Origin: Dipteris shenzhenensis
Taxonomy: Eukaryota
Assembly: GCA_047967505.1 (NCBI GenBank)
Contig: CM106538.1
Strand: one strand, 5' to 3'
DNA length: 64,000 nucleotides
Part shown: positions 1 to 10,550 of the stretch, piece after piece
How the letters are laid out: each line of letters starts with the position of its first letter
Numbering within the stretch: position 1 is the stretch's first letter
Translations under genes and position numbers: made by a program
The notes under the pieces: model-generated
What the model was told of the DNA's origin: nothing
Databases searched by the model: none
What the model saw: the letters and a program-made list of their open reading frames with translations, nothing else

Positions 1-615
1 GTACACTGGGCACCTGAAAATAAAATGCTCCTTCGACTCAATCTCCTGACAGTTGCACAATATGCATAAGCGATGCTCCCTAAGAATCCCCTCTGCTCTA
101 CCGCTCTCTATGCGGAGGTGGTGTGATGATACCCAAAACTGTCCGATGGAGATCCGTTGGGCAGCCTTGTGGAGTGTGCGACTAATCAGGGCAGCACGGT
201 CCTCTATGAGTGAAATGTGATCGATGTAGGTTAGGAGTCTGTTTAGGCATCTAGAGTAGGCCGGTGAGAGGCTGTGATCAAAGTGTATGTCGTGGTAGGT
301 GTCGTGCTTCCTATGTGGTGTGTGTGGTGTGGCTAAGCGTGGGGTGGCGATAGTGAAGAATAGGTATGTGTGATCAGCTCCTGGAGGGAGTGGTGCTACG
401 GTGAAGTCGGTGATACATGAAGTGAAGGTAGGGGATCCCATGATGTAATCTACTACACTAGTGCCTCCCCCGTGTGGGAAGCAAGTAAAACCACCTGAGG
501 AGGGCCATAGGTCGAGCCCGTTGTAGATGATGAGATCATGCATCTTGCCCAAATCAAGGAGCGCATGTCCATATGGTGTAACAGGCCCGTGTCGATCCGA
601 AGAGGTCCTGACCAT
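1..615 (-). CDS. Open frame fusing the APE endonuclease C-terminal half to the ORF2 C-terminal zinc-finger-like motif, with no RT
   Basis: Hand translation from ATG 615 has no stop to base 1: MVRTSSDRH...YNG...FTCFPHGGGTSVVDYIMGSP...GADHTYLF...LHKAA|QRISIGQFWVSSHHLRIESGRAEGILREHRLCILCNCQEIESKEHFIFRCPVY. Confidence 0.75.
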   Translation of the reverse strand, partial: MVRTSSDRHGPVTPYGHALLDLGKMHDLIIYNGLDLWPSSGGFTCFPHGGGTSVVDYIMGSPTFTSCITDFTVAPLPPGADHTYLFFTIATPRLATPHTPHRKHDTYHDIHFDHSLSPAYSRCLNRLLTYIDHISLIEDRAALISRTLHKAAQRISIGQFWVSSHHLRIESGRAEGILREHRLCILCNCQEIESKEHFIFRCPVY

Positions 616-686
616 AAGGTACCATTACAGTTTCAAATGGTGCAGTCTAGGGTCTCGGAAACTTGAGTCTCATAGGCCCCGTCCCC

Positions 687-1962
687 CTAGGGGGTACGGG
701 TGGGAGCCCGACGGGTGTCGGTCAACAACCTACCATCTCGGACCACGGCCCATTTCCCCTCCTTGCGGGCAACATCCCGCTGCTGCAGAAGAACTCGTCG
801 CTCCTCAATGTGTAGTGGCGTCAAATCCTCGTCCATGGACAGGGTGGGATGCTCTCGTAGAGAGGCTCGACGTCGGAGTGTCGCTAGTTGAGCATGTGAA
901 TCTCTGAAGCGAATGACTAGGGGCTGCTCTCGGTTGGGATCTCTCCCAACACGCCATGCTCCCTCTATGCCATGGTCGGGGACCCCCATGGTGGTGGTCA
1001 CAAAGGTGATCGTCTCGTCCATGGGCGTCGTAGTGGTGTTGGTGCTGTCTCGCTTGATCCATCGTATCCGGATGTTGAGGGCCTTCGAAGCCCTCTGCTG
1101 TTGCTCCTGTATGGCGGCTGAAACGGTTGCCTTTGCGGGCTCCCATTTTGCCACGTCCACCCATCTAGTCGTCTTTGCTATAGCTGACTGTATCGTGGCT
1201 ATCTGTGCCTCCATCTCTGTGACTGGGGTCCCTCCAGGCGCTGCTCTGAGGGTCCCGAGCTCCTCTCGAAGCTGTGTGATGTCGTGTCTGAGTCCCTGGA
1301 TAAGGGTGCCATGCTCGTGTATAATGCGGGCCTGCTCCTGGGTGTATCGGGCCTGCTCCTGGGTGTAATGTATTAGCTCTGCCTGACGGGCCCGGATGCT
1401 ATGTATCTCAGCCAATAGGGAGTCCCAAGCATTTGGCGGGGGCCTAAGATGTCCTGGTCTAGGTGGGAACTGGATTTCGAGAGGGGTTGGAATGAAGGTG
1501 GGCTGCTGAGGTTGGAATGAAGGTGGGCTGTTGAGGTTGTACTGAGGGTGGGGATAGTATGATCTGGGCGGGGGAGTGATATGTAGGAGTAGCGAGGCCG
1601 GACGAGGTGATGAAGGGTGGTTGACTGAGAGGTAGAGGTGATACGAGGGGAAAGTACTGTGGAGCCGTGGCTGGTGGGGCCAGTGGTGAGGCTACTGGAG
1701 AGGACACCTGTGATGATGATGCAGGAGAGGGGGAGGAGAGAGGTGGCGTAGATGATGAGGCGGATGATGGTGGTGAAATAGTGGTGGTAACCATAGAGGT
1801 CGAGGATGTGGTGAGCGGCATGGGCTTTGGGTGGGCCCCTTTCTTCTGGGCCGTGGTGCTGTCCACTGTCAAACCGCTCCGGTTGCTGTGTTTGTTGAAG
1901 TCCTCCAGATTGAGTTGCTTTTGTGTTTTCGCCTTGTTACCGTTCCCCTTCCCCATCTCCAC
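687..1962 (-). pseudogene. LINE ORF1 (Ser/Pro-rich N-terminus, coiled coil, RRM-like domain), split by a frameshift near 1460
   Basis: ORFs 1459..1962 and 687..1415 are in different frames. The second has a heptad coiled coil followed by LNIRIRWI...AWRVGR...PLVIRFRD...SMDEDLT, typical of LINE ORF1 RRM/C-terminal domains. Confidence 0.75.
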
Positions 1963-2052
1963 GCGTATGTAGATTTGGATCGAGGGGTCTCCTGCCTAGT
2001 CTCCTATCCTCATCCCCCTGTTCCCTTCATTATGGGGGCAAAGAAGGGACTG

Positions 2053-2058
<6 letters not shown>

Positions 2059-2093
<35 letters not shown>

Positions 2094-2106
2094 AGAAGAA
2101 GAAGAA
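2059..2106. repeat. (GA)n(GAA)n microsatellite at a LINE 3' end
   Basis: Seen directly in the sequence. Confidence 0.95.
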
Positions 2107-2759
2107 TATATTATCGTCCTCTGAAGACCAAAACCGGCCTATGGGACCTAGCAATACAATATCACAAGTACATGAAAGCTCCTCCCGAAGATGGGAGGGT
2201 GGAAAGAGAAACCACCTTCTAGGATTCAGGTGGATTCCTATGCTTGAAGAGCTTATACACAAATGTTCCTAAAGCTGAAGGTGACCCTTTATGCAGCAAA
2301 TCAGCCAGTTTGTTATGTCCCTCAAGGAGGTGATTGAACTCTTCCCTAATGTGTGCATAGTGAGGGCATATCATTACCATGTGTTCTTCTGTTTCAACCA
2401 TACCTTGATCACATAGTTGGCATATTCTACTCTCCCTTGGCATCTTTTTCCATCCCCCTGTTTCTATTTGCAGCTGGTGTGATCGGGTGCGAAGTGAGGC
2501 TAAAGCCCTCCGTTTATGCACTGCTATAGGTGTACATATGTACTTCTGCGTTGTTGTCTCCCTTCCTGTATAAATTGACCAATATTCGGGGTTGATATAT
2601 GTGCGATAGTACTCAAATTTATCTTTGTTTTCTGCTGTTTGCCATTTCCTGTGTAGTGCATTCAGCAGGTCATAATGAAAAGCCTCTTCATCAATCTCCT
2701 CTGAAGAGTAGTTTAAATACTCTTCTACTTCCCACTTCTTGAACCATTTTTTTAGGTCC

Positions 2760-2760
<1 letters not shown>
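2091..2760 (-). mobile_element. 5'-truncated RTEX-like LINE 3' fragment (ORF2 C-terminus plus short 3' UTR)
   Basis: ORF 2219..2521: LRTRSHQLQIETGGW...RICQLCDQGMVETEEHMVMICPHY. Flanked by (GA)n tracts on both sides. Confidence 0.85.

Positions 2761-2762
<2 letters not shown>

Positions 2763-2790
<28 letters not shown>
2763..2790. repeat. (GA)n microsatellite
   Basis: Seen directly in the sequence. Confidence 0.95.
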
Positions 2791-2794
<4 letters not shown>

Positions 2795-3170
2795 GTATTA
2801 CCGTCTTCGGGAGTCGTGGCGGGCGTATGCGACAAAGTACAATCCAAAGGTAACTGATACAAGCCATTGTGGGTTAGGGCCTTGCTGAGTGCTATGCTGA
2901 AAAAGATCAAAACTCAAAACTAGTGCTCAAAAAGCTAGTGCTAAAAAGATACTAGTGCTCAAGGAACTCAAAGTACATAGCTTGGCGCCATGGTGGCTCT
3001 CCTGTGGGCTGCGAAAATGTCTCGTATCTACGTCTATCAAGTCATCTCTCGTTGTGGCGGGGGACGTGGTCTCCGTGATCTCTATGTGTTTGGTGGGCCA
3101 TATCAAGAGTAAAGCGTTGGCTCGGGTGGTCCCTGTTGTTTGGAACAAGAATACATCACACTATTGCTGT
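2791..3170 (-). mobile_element. LINE 3' UTR fragment (same family as the 3482-9070 element)
   Basis: Starts AGATGTATTACCGTCTTCGG, similar to AGATGTATTAACGCCTTCGG at 3483. Bases 2980-3100 align by eye with 3700-3820. Confidence 0.65.
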
Positions 3171-5787
3171 CGAGAGAGAGAATGCAAAATATAAAGGGTA
3201 ACGATGGGAGGACCTTGGCTATCGGCCGACAAATTCATCCAGGTGACTGGACCAGTGTTTTCTGTCTGTGGGACCAGCCATTCTTATTATTCCCAAACAA
3301 ACGTTTCTAGAAGCAACTCTTGAAATACGTTCTTGGCAAAATGTAAAAACATTTCTTTATTGACTCTGCATATCTCACAGGCTATATTTTTACGTTTTTT
3401 CAAAGCATATCCAAATATGTTGATTCAAGAAGTGTCTAATCCTAACAGGTTTGTTGAAAGGCACATGCTCCTATCCTTGTTAAGATGTATTAACGCCTTC
3501 GGTAGGCTTGGTGAGCCTATGAGACAAGGTACACTAAAAAAAGGTAACCCATACAAGCTACTATGGGTGGAGGCAAAGGGCTGGCTAGAGCCATTGCCAA
3601 GTACTGTACTAAAGAAACTTAAAACCTCAAAACTAGTACTCAAAATACAGAACTCCAAATCTTGACATGACAAGAGATGTGATTGAGTGTCATCTATGAT
3701 CTTTGTGCCGTGGTAGCTCTCCGATGGGGCGTGAAGAAATCGCGTATCTCCCCCTATTGGGTTGTCTCTCGTTGGAGTTGGTGGTGTGTGGTTTTTGTGA
3801 TCTCTATATCTGGTGAGCCATGGCGGCAGTGACACCTTGACTCTGATATTACCCCTGTGAGTAGAGTTGGGATGGCTGGACGCCCATCGCGTGTGCTCTA
3901 GTAAATCTCTGTATCATGTGTGGTCTCTATGTGTTTGATTCCACATCTCTCTGTCGGCTCTTCCCAATGATCCAGTCTGCCCTCATGTTAGTTAGCTCCT
4001 CTTCCTCTACCATCATGTCCTAGGGTTGACTCACATGTGTAGAAATATGTGACATGTCCTAGTGGTCGATCTATCTCTATCTCTTGTGGCATTGTCACCT
4101 CCAGCATGCTGTTTGATCTATCTCAATAGGGTTTCTATGTGTTGTTGCATCTTAATTAGATAGAGACTAATGCAAACCTGGTCATGAAAGTGGATCAGCC
4201 AATATAGTGGCCCAAAATTGTGCCCCTCCCCAAAGAGACAATGGTACATCCATGGATCTCATAATAGGTTGGGCAAGTACATAGGGAATGCTCCTCTGTT
4301 TCTACCTCCTCCAATGTGCATAATCTACAGATCCACAACTCTCTAATTGTGCCCGTGGCTCTCCTTGTCTTGATTCTTAGTTGATGGGATGAGACGTGCA
4401 TTTGTCCAATGGTAATCCTCAGTGCATGTGAGACTTGTCTATCCTCCAGGTATTGGGGTTTGATAAACACTCATTCTTTGATGCTCTCAAAAAGCGGTCA
4501 TGATAGAACTGGATCTTGCTTGGGAACCCCTTGTTTTCCCCAAGTTCGTGATGTATAGAGCTAGAGTAGATCTCACTGTATGATATGGTTGATCTCATCT
4601 TGTGGGATCAGGGGGGACGGAGCATCTAAGCTGTATAGGAACAGGGGGAGTCGGTCCATTTGAATACCTTGATTGGCAAACCATCTAAATATACGTGCAT
4701 ACTAGCCCATGCTAATCTCTCTCTCTCTTGATGACTCTAGTGCCAACCTCGGTAGTATCCAACTAGGCAAAGCCCAAACCCTATGAAGATATTTCACTAT
4801 CTAAAAGATGGCATCAATTTTGAGTGGTGTCATAGCGAACTCAGCCTATACTATCCGATGAGGGACTGAGGGCTTACTCTGAATCATCTTGGATCCCATC
4901 TCCTGAAGTCTCTTGATCATGTGGGACTGTGGCAAAGGCCCCCGAAAAGTCTACAAAGCAAGTGTTAACTTTTTGGGACCTTGATCTTGCCTCCTCGATG
5001 ATAGCTTGAAGAGTGAAGATGTGATCAAGAGGAGAATGTTGCCTTCAGAACCCATCTTATCCGAAGGCCTGTTTTCCTTGTGCGCCTCTATGTAGGAATT
5101 GATCTCTCTCTAGTACCAACCCTTAATTATTGGCCAATGTGACCAATCATTAGAGTGCGGTAGCTCCCAATGTCCATGGGATCTCTAGCTTTTTGTATCG
5201 ACATGATGGTGATGGTACTCCAAGTGAGGGGGGGGGGGGGGGGGGGGTTGAAGCCGTGGCATACACCATGATTGACATTTGAGCTAAGATCCAAGCCAAG
5301 ACCTCGTATCCATGTGAAAAGTGCTTAGTCTGCAGCCGCTCATGGTCGTGGGCTCTATGGTTGTTGAGCCAACGAATGCAGCTCGCACTTTATATTCTAT
5401 GAACAAGATGGATGTGGTGGGCTTGGGCAAGGAGGAAGGAGGACTATCAAGTGGTGCATGGACGGGATGTTGTAGAGCGTCATGTATATGTGCTTGACAC
5501 TTAGGTCCATGATGGGGGGATAGGTGGCTTTCCCTCAGAGAGCAGCTCTCATGCAATAGTGGGTCCCCTTCTTGAAAAAATCCGATCACCTCATGCATCC
5601 TATGTGAGAGGAAAGCTTGCCTCTTACAGTGTCTTGGGTGACATGAAATCCATTGTGCCTCAAGTGTCGTCAAGTGCTCCAAAATTCGCTCACATATAAA
5701 TCTCTCGGCACTTAGCATCGAACCATGGGTTCTAGGGCACCTTTCCAGCTGGGGGGCATGTTATGGATTGAGTCATGGGGAGGGATC

Positions 5788-6077
5788 TGTTGGAATATGG
5801 AAGCAAGAACTAGAACTAGAAACTGGAAATGAAATAACAAGATTGAAAGACAAGAAATACCTTGAGAAGAGTGTAGACAAGACACAAGCTAGACAGATGG
5901 ATTACAATGATGTGACCCATGAATATATGGGCCAAAGTACAAGACATAAAGCAAGAGTGCTTATGGGATAATTGTAGAAGTGCCACATGGCACACACTCA
6001 AGACATAAAGACTAGACTTAGACTTAGACAAATGTAGACTAGGAAATAGTACACTTAGTGTGCACTTATCTCCAACA
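5788..6077 (-). repeat. 3' LTR of the gag-only element
   Basis: Identical to 7943-8232 except G5896 vs T8051. Confidence 0.97.
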
Positions 6078-6087
6078 CCCTCCTTAA
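6078..6087 (-). promoter_or_regulatory. Polypurine tract
   Basis: Minus strand reads TTAAGGAGGG immediately before the 3' LTR. Confidence 0.8.
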
Positions 6088-6399
6088 GTGGACACTAGGA
6101 GTAAGACAGAAAGACAAGACTAGAAGACAGACATAAAGACTGATAGACTGAGAGACAAGATAGAAAACATGACAGACAAAAGATCCTGAGACACCCCTCC
6201 TCAAGTGATATCCTCATATGGGTCCACAAGGGTAGGGACAAGATGGATCTAAAACACAGTCAGATTGATAGACAAATAGACAGACAGACAAGACTAGATA
6301 GACAGAAGACTGACTGTAGACAAATAGAAAGACCAAGACACTAGAACCCCTTGACCTACATCATCGGTGGTCAAGGTGGTAGACAAGACATAGAAGTAA

Positions 6400-7230
6400 T
6401 CAGAAAGCCCACTTCTCATCATGTGAGGAAGGAATAGCAGGATCAGCTGATGGAGATGTTGCAGCAACATGGGCTGAGGTAGATGCAGGGGCTGATGTAG
6501 AGACTTTGGAGTAGCAGTCCCTCTCCCGGTGATTATCACGGCCACAAATGGTGCATGGATGAGCCTTGAAACAGTCCTTCTCCATATGATTAGTTTTGCC
6601 ACAATGGGTGCAAGGCTTTCTTACCTTAGAACTTCCTTTCTTTGCTAAAAATGCAGTGTCAGTTACCTTTCGTTGTTGAGTTCTTTCTTCCTCTTGGAGA
6701 GCATTGATGATACCCTCAAGAGAAGGATTATTATGATACTTGAAGGTAATGACAAGAATAGCATAGGTGTCAGGTAAGCTTTTGAGAAGCACAGCAATAG
6801 CAATATCTTTGGAGATGGGAGACTTGAGTGACGCAAGCTGAACCATAAGACTGCGAAGATAATTGACACGAGAGGCTATAGTAGCTCCTTCCTGCATATG
6901 TAGATCAAAGAATGAGATCATAAGTGCAATCTTAGAGTTTTTAGATGGGGCTCCAAAAAGGGTATCCAAAGTGATCCATGCTTGAGGAGCAGACTGTATG
7001 TCGGAGATGTGATGAATGTGATCATCTCCAAGGCCGAGCAATATGATAGCATAGGCTTTGTCGTTCTTGGCAGTGACAACTTGCTCAGAGGGACCTTCAG
7101 GAGCAGCACGGTAAACAATGTCCCAAAGACCTTCTTTCATAAGATGGCACTTGATTTTGATTTGCCAAGTATGAAAGTTGGACCCATTGAATTTGTCGAT
7201 AGATATGAGAGAATGAGAGGAAGATGCCAT
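6400..7230 (-). CDS. gag: Copia-type Gag protein, 276 aa, with two CCHC zinc knuckles
   Basis: IDKFNGSNFHTWQIKIKCHLMKEGLW N-terminus, UBN2-like core (AVLLKSLPDTY), and knuckles CTHCGKTNHMEKDC and CTICGRDNHRERDC. Confidence 0.92.
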   Translation of the reverse strand: MASSSHSLISIDKFNGSNFHTWQIKIKCHLMKEGLWDIVYRAAPEGPSEQVVTAKNDKAYAIILLGLGDDHIHHISDIQSAPQAWITLDTLFGAPSKNSKIALMISFFDLHMQEGATIASRVNYLRSLMVQLASLKSPISKDIAIAVLLKSLPDTYAILVITFKYHNNPSLEGIINALQEEERTQQRKVTDTAFLAKKGSSKVRKPCTHCGKTNHMEKDCFKAHPCTICGRDNHRERDCYSKVSTSAPASTSAHVAATSPSADPAIPSSHDEKWAF

Positions 7231-7489
7231 GTGGGAAGGTCTTACCTCTTGCTAGGATGCAAGGGTAGTGTCTATTCCCTTACAATATTGCAGAAATAAA
7301 TGAGAGGAGAGATCCAAGAAGCCGGTTCTCTCACCACTTTGTCAAGGCCATAGCATATGACAGCCCATCGAAGCAGGAGGAACCAGCAAAAAGAGAGACT
7401 GCTCAGCAAACTTGAAAGAGGCAAAGCACAGTACCTTAATCCCAGGCAGAGGTAGAGGTGCAAAAAAGGGCGCAGTCCAGGAGGTCGAC

Positions 7490-7890
7490 CAGATGGCGCA
7501 GATCTCCGTGAAGATGGAGCAGATTTCGAACAGCAGCTGGAGAAGTCGGCCTGTGCAGGTACGGATTCCGTACAGTCGTACGGACTGTACGGACTACGGA
7601 CGACGTACGGTCGGTGTACGGACGGCGCTGATCTGTACGGATAGCAGGTATGTTGATGCAGGAGCGACAGCAGGACTGCGCAGATCTGGCGCGCAGATCT
7701 GTGGCTGAACTGCGCAGATATGGCACTCAGATCTGGCAGAAATGGTGCGCAGATCTGGCGCAGATCTGGAGCGGAAACACACAGATCTGGTGCACAGATC
7801 TGGCGCGCAATGGCGGGGCAGAGAGAGGGAGAAATGAGAAGAGGGAGAAATCTGAAAAGAGGGGCAGATCTACAGCGGGGGAGAGATCTG
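7490..7890. repeat. Array of short palindromic motifs (CAGATCTG, CGTACG) in the element leader
   Basis: More than ten AGATCT/CAGATCTG units, plus a GTACG/CGTACG cluster at 7559-7640. Confidence 0.9.
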
Positions 7891-7930
7891 AGAAGAGGTA
7901 GACTGAGGGGAGAGAAGAAGGATCAACCTA

Positions 7931-7942
7931 GCTCTGATACCA
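7931..7942 (-). promoter_or_regulatory. Primer-binding site for initiator tRNA-Met
   Basis: Minus strand reads TGGTATCAGAGC directly after the 5' LTR. Confidence 0.95.
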
Positions 7943-8232
7943 TGTTGGAATATGGAAGCAAGAACTAGAACTAGAAACTGGAAATGAAATAACAAGATTG
8001 AAAGACAAGAAATACCTTGAGAAGAGTGTAGACAAGACACAAGCTAGACATATGGATTACAATGATGTGACCCATGAATATATGGGCCAAAGTACAAGAC
8101 ATAAAGCAAGAGTGCTTATGGGATAATTGTAGAAGTGCCACATGGCACACACTCAAGACATAAAGACTAGACTTAGACTTAGACAAATGTAGACTAGGAA
8201 ATAGTACACTTAGTGTGCACTTATCTCCAACA
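7943..8232 (-). repeat. 5' LTR of the gag-only element
   Basis: Matches 5788-6077 and is followed on the minus strand by the PBS. Confidence 0.97.
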
Positions 8233-9074
8233 GGATCTGGTGGTGGCATCTTCAACCACTGATACAATAGTATCTGAGGTATGAGCGAGGTCAGCATCAT
8301 CCCAAAGGAGGTCGATTTCCCATAGGACAGGTGACTCACATAAACTGCATCAAGGGCATGATCAAAGTCTATCTAAACATGGGGGAGGAGGGTTTCCAAG
8401 TCTTGTGTTTGGCGTAGCAGTTGAGATGCTGAATGACAAGTAGGAGTGGTTAGTGCCGAGTGGGGGTGGGGACTATAAAATCATGTCCTCGCGACACAAA
8501 AATTGGGCAACCTATCAAGTAGTCCGTTGTACTAGTCCCTCCTCCATGTGGGGAACAACTAAGCCCTCTGGGTAACGGCTATCTATGAAGACCGTTATAT
8601 ATGAACATGTCGTGTACTGCCCGCAAATCTAGAATCTCCCATACCTTGTCACATGTGGTGCATCCTTTGAGTGCCTCACTATCCCAAGCTCTACTAGACC
8701 TATCTCTGGTACTTTGAGGGGGTCTGACCCAAAGTCAAGTAAACCAACTTGTTTGCTCCCCGTACGTGCATTAAAGTCATCTAATAGGAGGATCTCCCCC
8801 GGTCTAGAAAACTCCTCATGTGCATAGGATGATGTATCTGGAGGGAAGTAGCATACTGCAATGAAAATTGGCCTTGTGTTAGGTGATTGAACGCATATCC
8901 ACATCTATCATGCATGCTTCTCCTTCCGCATCATAGATATACATGGTCTCAGATGTGATCTAAAAAGAAGTGCCATGCCTTCAGAGCCTCATATCCCACT
9001 ATCTCTCCTCATCTCCCGATTCCCAGATGTATCCTATCTCACTACAGTAGCCCTCTCTTTGGACTTTAAACAGT

Positions 9075-9860
9075 GGGGACCATGATATGTTGTACATGAG
9101 AAGGGAGCTCCCAGTAAACCTCAAGGATTCACCAAATGCATGGTCTCCTTCCATAATTTCACCAAGAACATTACAAAGGGCATGCTCTTGTAGACAATCG
9201 GGCACCGGATACAAATTTTTCCAACCAAGACAGCCCCCTGCCACTTGCCACCATGACAGCTCAATGCCATGAACCTTGTGAGCTCTTTAAACATAATGGT
9301 CCATGGCTGTGAAAGATCCTCATGGACCTAGCAATGTTGGCTGTTGCATGGATCTGCATGTCCAATATGCCCAGCCCCCCATCCCCTTTTTGTCCGCACA
9401 GTGTGCTCCATGCCAAAAGGGAGCATGACTTCTTGCCGTGCTTACTCTTCCACAGGAATGCCTTTGCATATCTAAGGACTCTTTTCCAATGAGAAGTCCT
9501 CAAGTCAACCCGGTGCGCATAGAAATGCAGCCTTGCCAGCAAGATCATATTTACAATGGTCACACTGGAATGAAAGGGTTAGAGGACATTGTCCCACTTA
9601 CAGAATTCTATTTCCTGCCTGTCAATGAATGAGTCAGCAAAGTCCTTCCCCATTGGGTAGCTCAGTTGTATGAATACTTGTCCTTTGTTAACTATCTCGC
9701 ATCCCCATCTGGACTTGTCCAAAGTATCATCCTCTGTCAGGCATATCATTCTAGGTTTTAGAATCTAAGGCATCAGTAAAGAATTGGACAATGTTGAGAG
9801 CCATTCTAATATTTTCATTGGAGGCTTCCAAACGCAGAAGTGAATCATCTGAAAAACATC
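9075..9860 (-). mobile_element. Decayed L1-clade LINE RT/post-RT fragment
   Basis: FSDDSLL (RT catalytic-motif equivalent) near 9835-9855, and FLW...LLAWSTLCGQKGDGGLGILD, the plant L1 post-RT motif. Confidence 0.75.
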
Positions 9861-10550
9861 ACAGCCAGAGAATGCAGGAATCATTGTAATCAAACGCTAC
9901 ATGAATATCTACATCCATCTAACAAACTATGAATGTCTTATCTCATGTCAACAAATTGCTCAACTTTGGCAAATCAACCATTGCCCACCCACCACTATCA
10001 ATAATAGAAGGCAAAGCTTCAGAGCAAAGATTTAAAAGAACCCGGCTATAAAGCATAGGCTGGAGTTGGTTCCAAGTAAGCTAAGGACAAGGAGCAACAA
10101 GACGATGGGTCTACAACGTTGAGATGTGATAATGTCACTCCTTAGTTTGGGAGAAGACCCTAATCCTGTTATTATGAAGCAATTCGTCCGTAGTGCCCAG
10201 TAATGGATAGAATCTGAATACATGAAAGAGGCTGAACTTGCTGCAGAAACTATTAGTCTTTTTGCTAAAGAACAAGTGAACGGTGATTTCTCCTGATTTT
10301 GAAACATGGCTGCATGCCTTATGTATCCAATGCCCCTACCTCAAAAAACTTACAATTGGAGGTTGCACGTCTCATGAGGAGGCTAATGCTGCAGGGCTAG
10401 TGGCAATAATGAGTACAAAATTTAGTGTAAGCTTGCATCTTTTGGAAGGATGAGGTCAACTTGGTATTGACAAATGGCATTTTTTGGTTTCATGAGGCTG
10501 CCACCCAAGAGAGTTTATGTCATGAAAGATGCAAGTAATGATAAAAGGGA

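Larger units (their letters stand above)
1..2030 (-). mobile_element. Non-LTR retrotransposon (RTEX-like LINE) derivative: ORF1 plus internally deleted ORF2; runs off the left edge
   Basis: Minus-strand ORF1-like protein followed by an APE endonuclease C-terminal half and a LINE C-terminal Cys/His motif. Clade assignment is inference; the 5' boundary is approximate. Confidence 0.85.
5788..8232 (-). mobile_element. Intact non-autonomous Copia-derived LTR retrotransposon encoding only Gag (TR-GAG type), 2445 bp
   Basis: 290-bp TGTTGGA...TCCAACA LTRs at 5788-6077 and 7943-8232, GGATC TSD at 5783-5787 and 8233-8237, PBS, PPT, a single gag ORF, and no pol. Confidence 0.95.
3482..9070 (-). mobile_element. 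Decayed RTEX-like LINE (endonuclease, partial RT, C-terminal zinc motif, 3' UTR), interrupted by the LTR element at 5788-8232
   Basis: Endonuclease IFIAVCYFPP...LDDFNARTG (8629-8904). RT N-terminal motifs RTLMIGH, SPLDHIFTLQAIIEE, TCFVDF (about 4930-5160). Zinc motif VSSHQLRIKT...CRLC...ETEEHSLCTCPTY (4195-4470). Confidence 0.85.

Noticed and set aside
527-2222. Several plus-strand ORFs over the first LINE
   Set aside because: Antisense shadows of LINE ORF1 and microsatellite translations with no recognisable motifs.
5228-5247. 20-nt poly-G run (possible G-quadruplex)
   Set aside because: A homopolymer expansion inside a dead LINE RT region with no sign of function.
7490-7890. CRISPR-like appearance of regularly recurring short repeats
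   Set aside because: Units are 8-12 bp, irregularly spaced, without unique spacers or cas genes, in a eukaryotic context.
7412-7968. Multiple overlapping ORFs
   Set aside because: Produced by the GC-rich palindromic repeat array in the LTR element leader.
10030-10380. Coding-like plus-strand stretch as a possible upstream Alba exon
   Set aside because: Contains in-frame stops and no Alba motifs; more likely an unassigned TE remnant.
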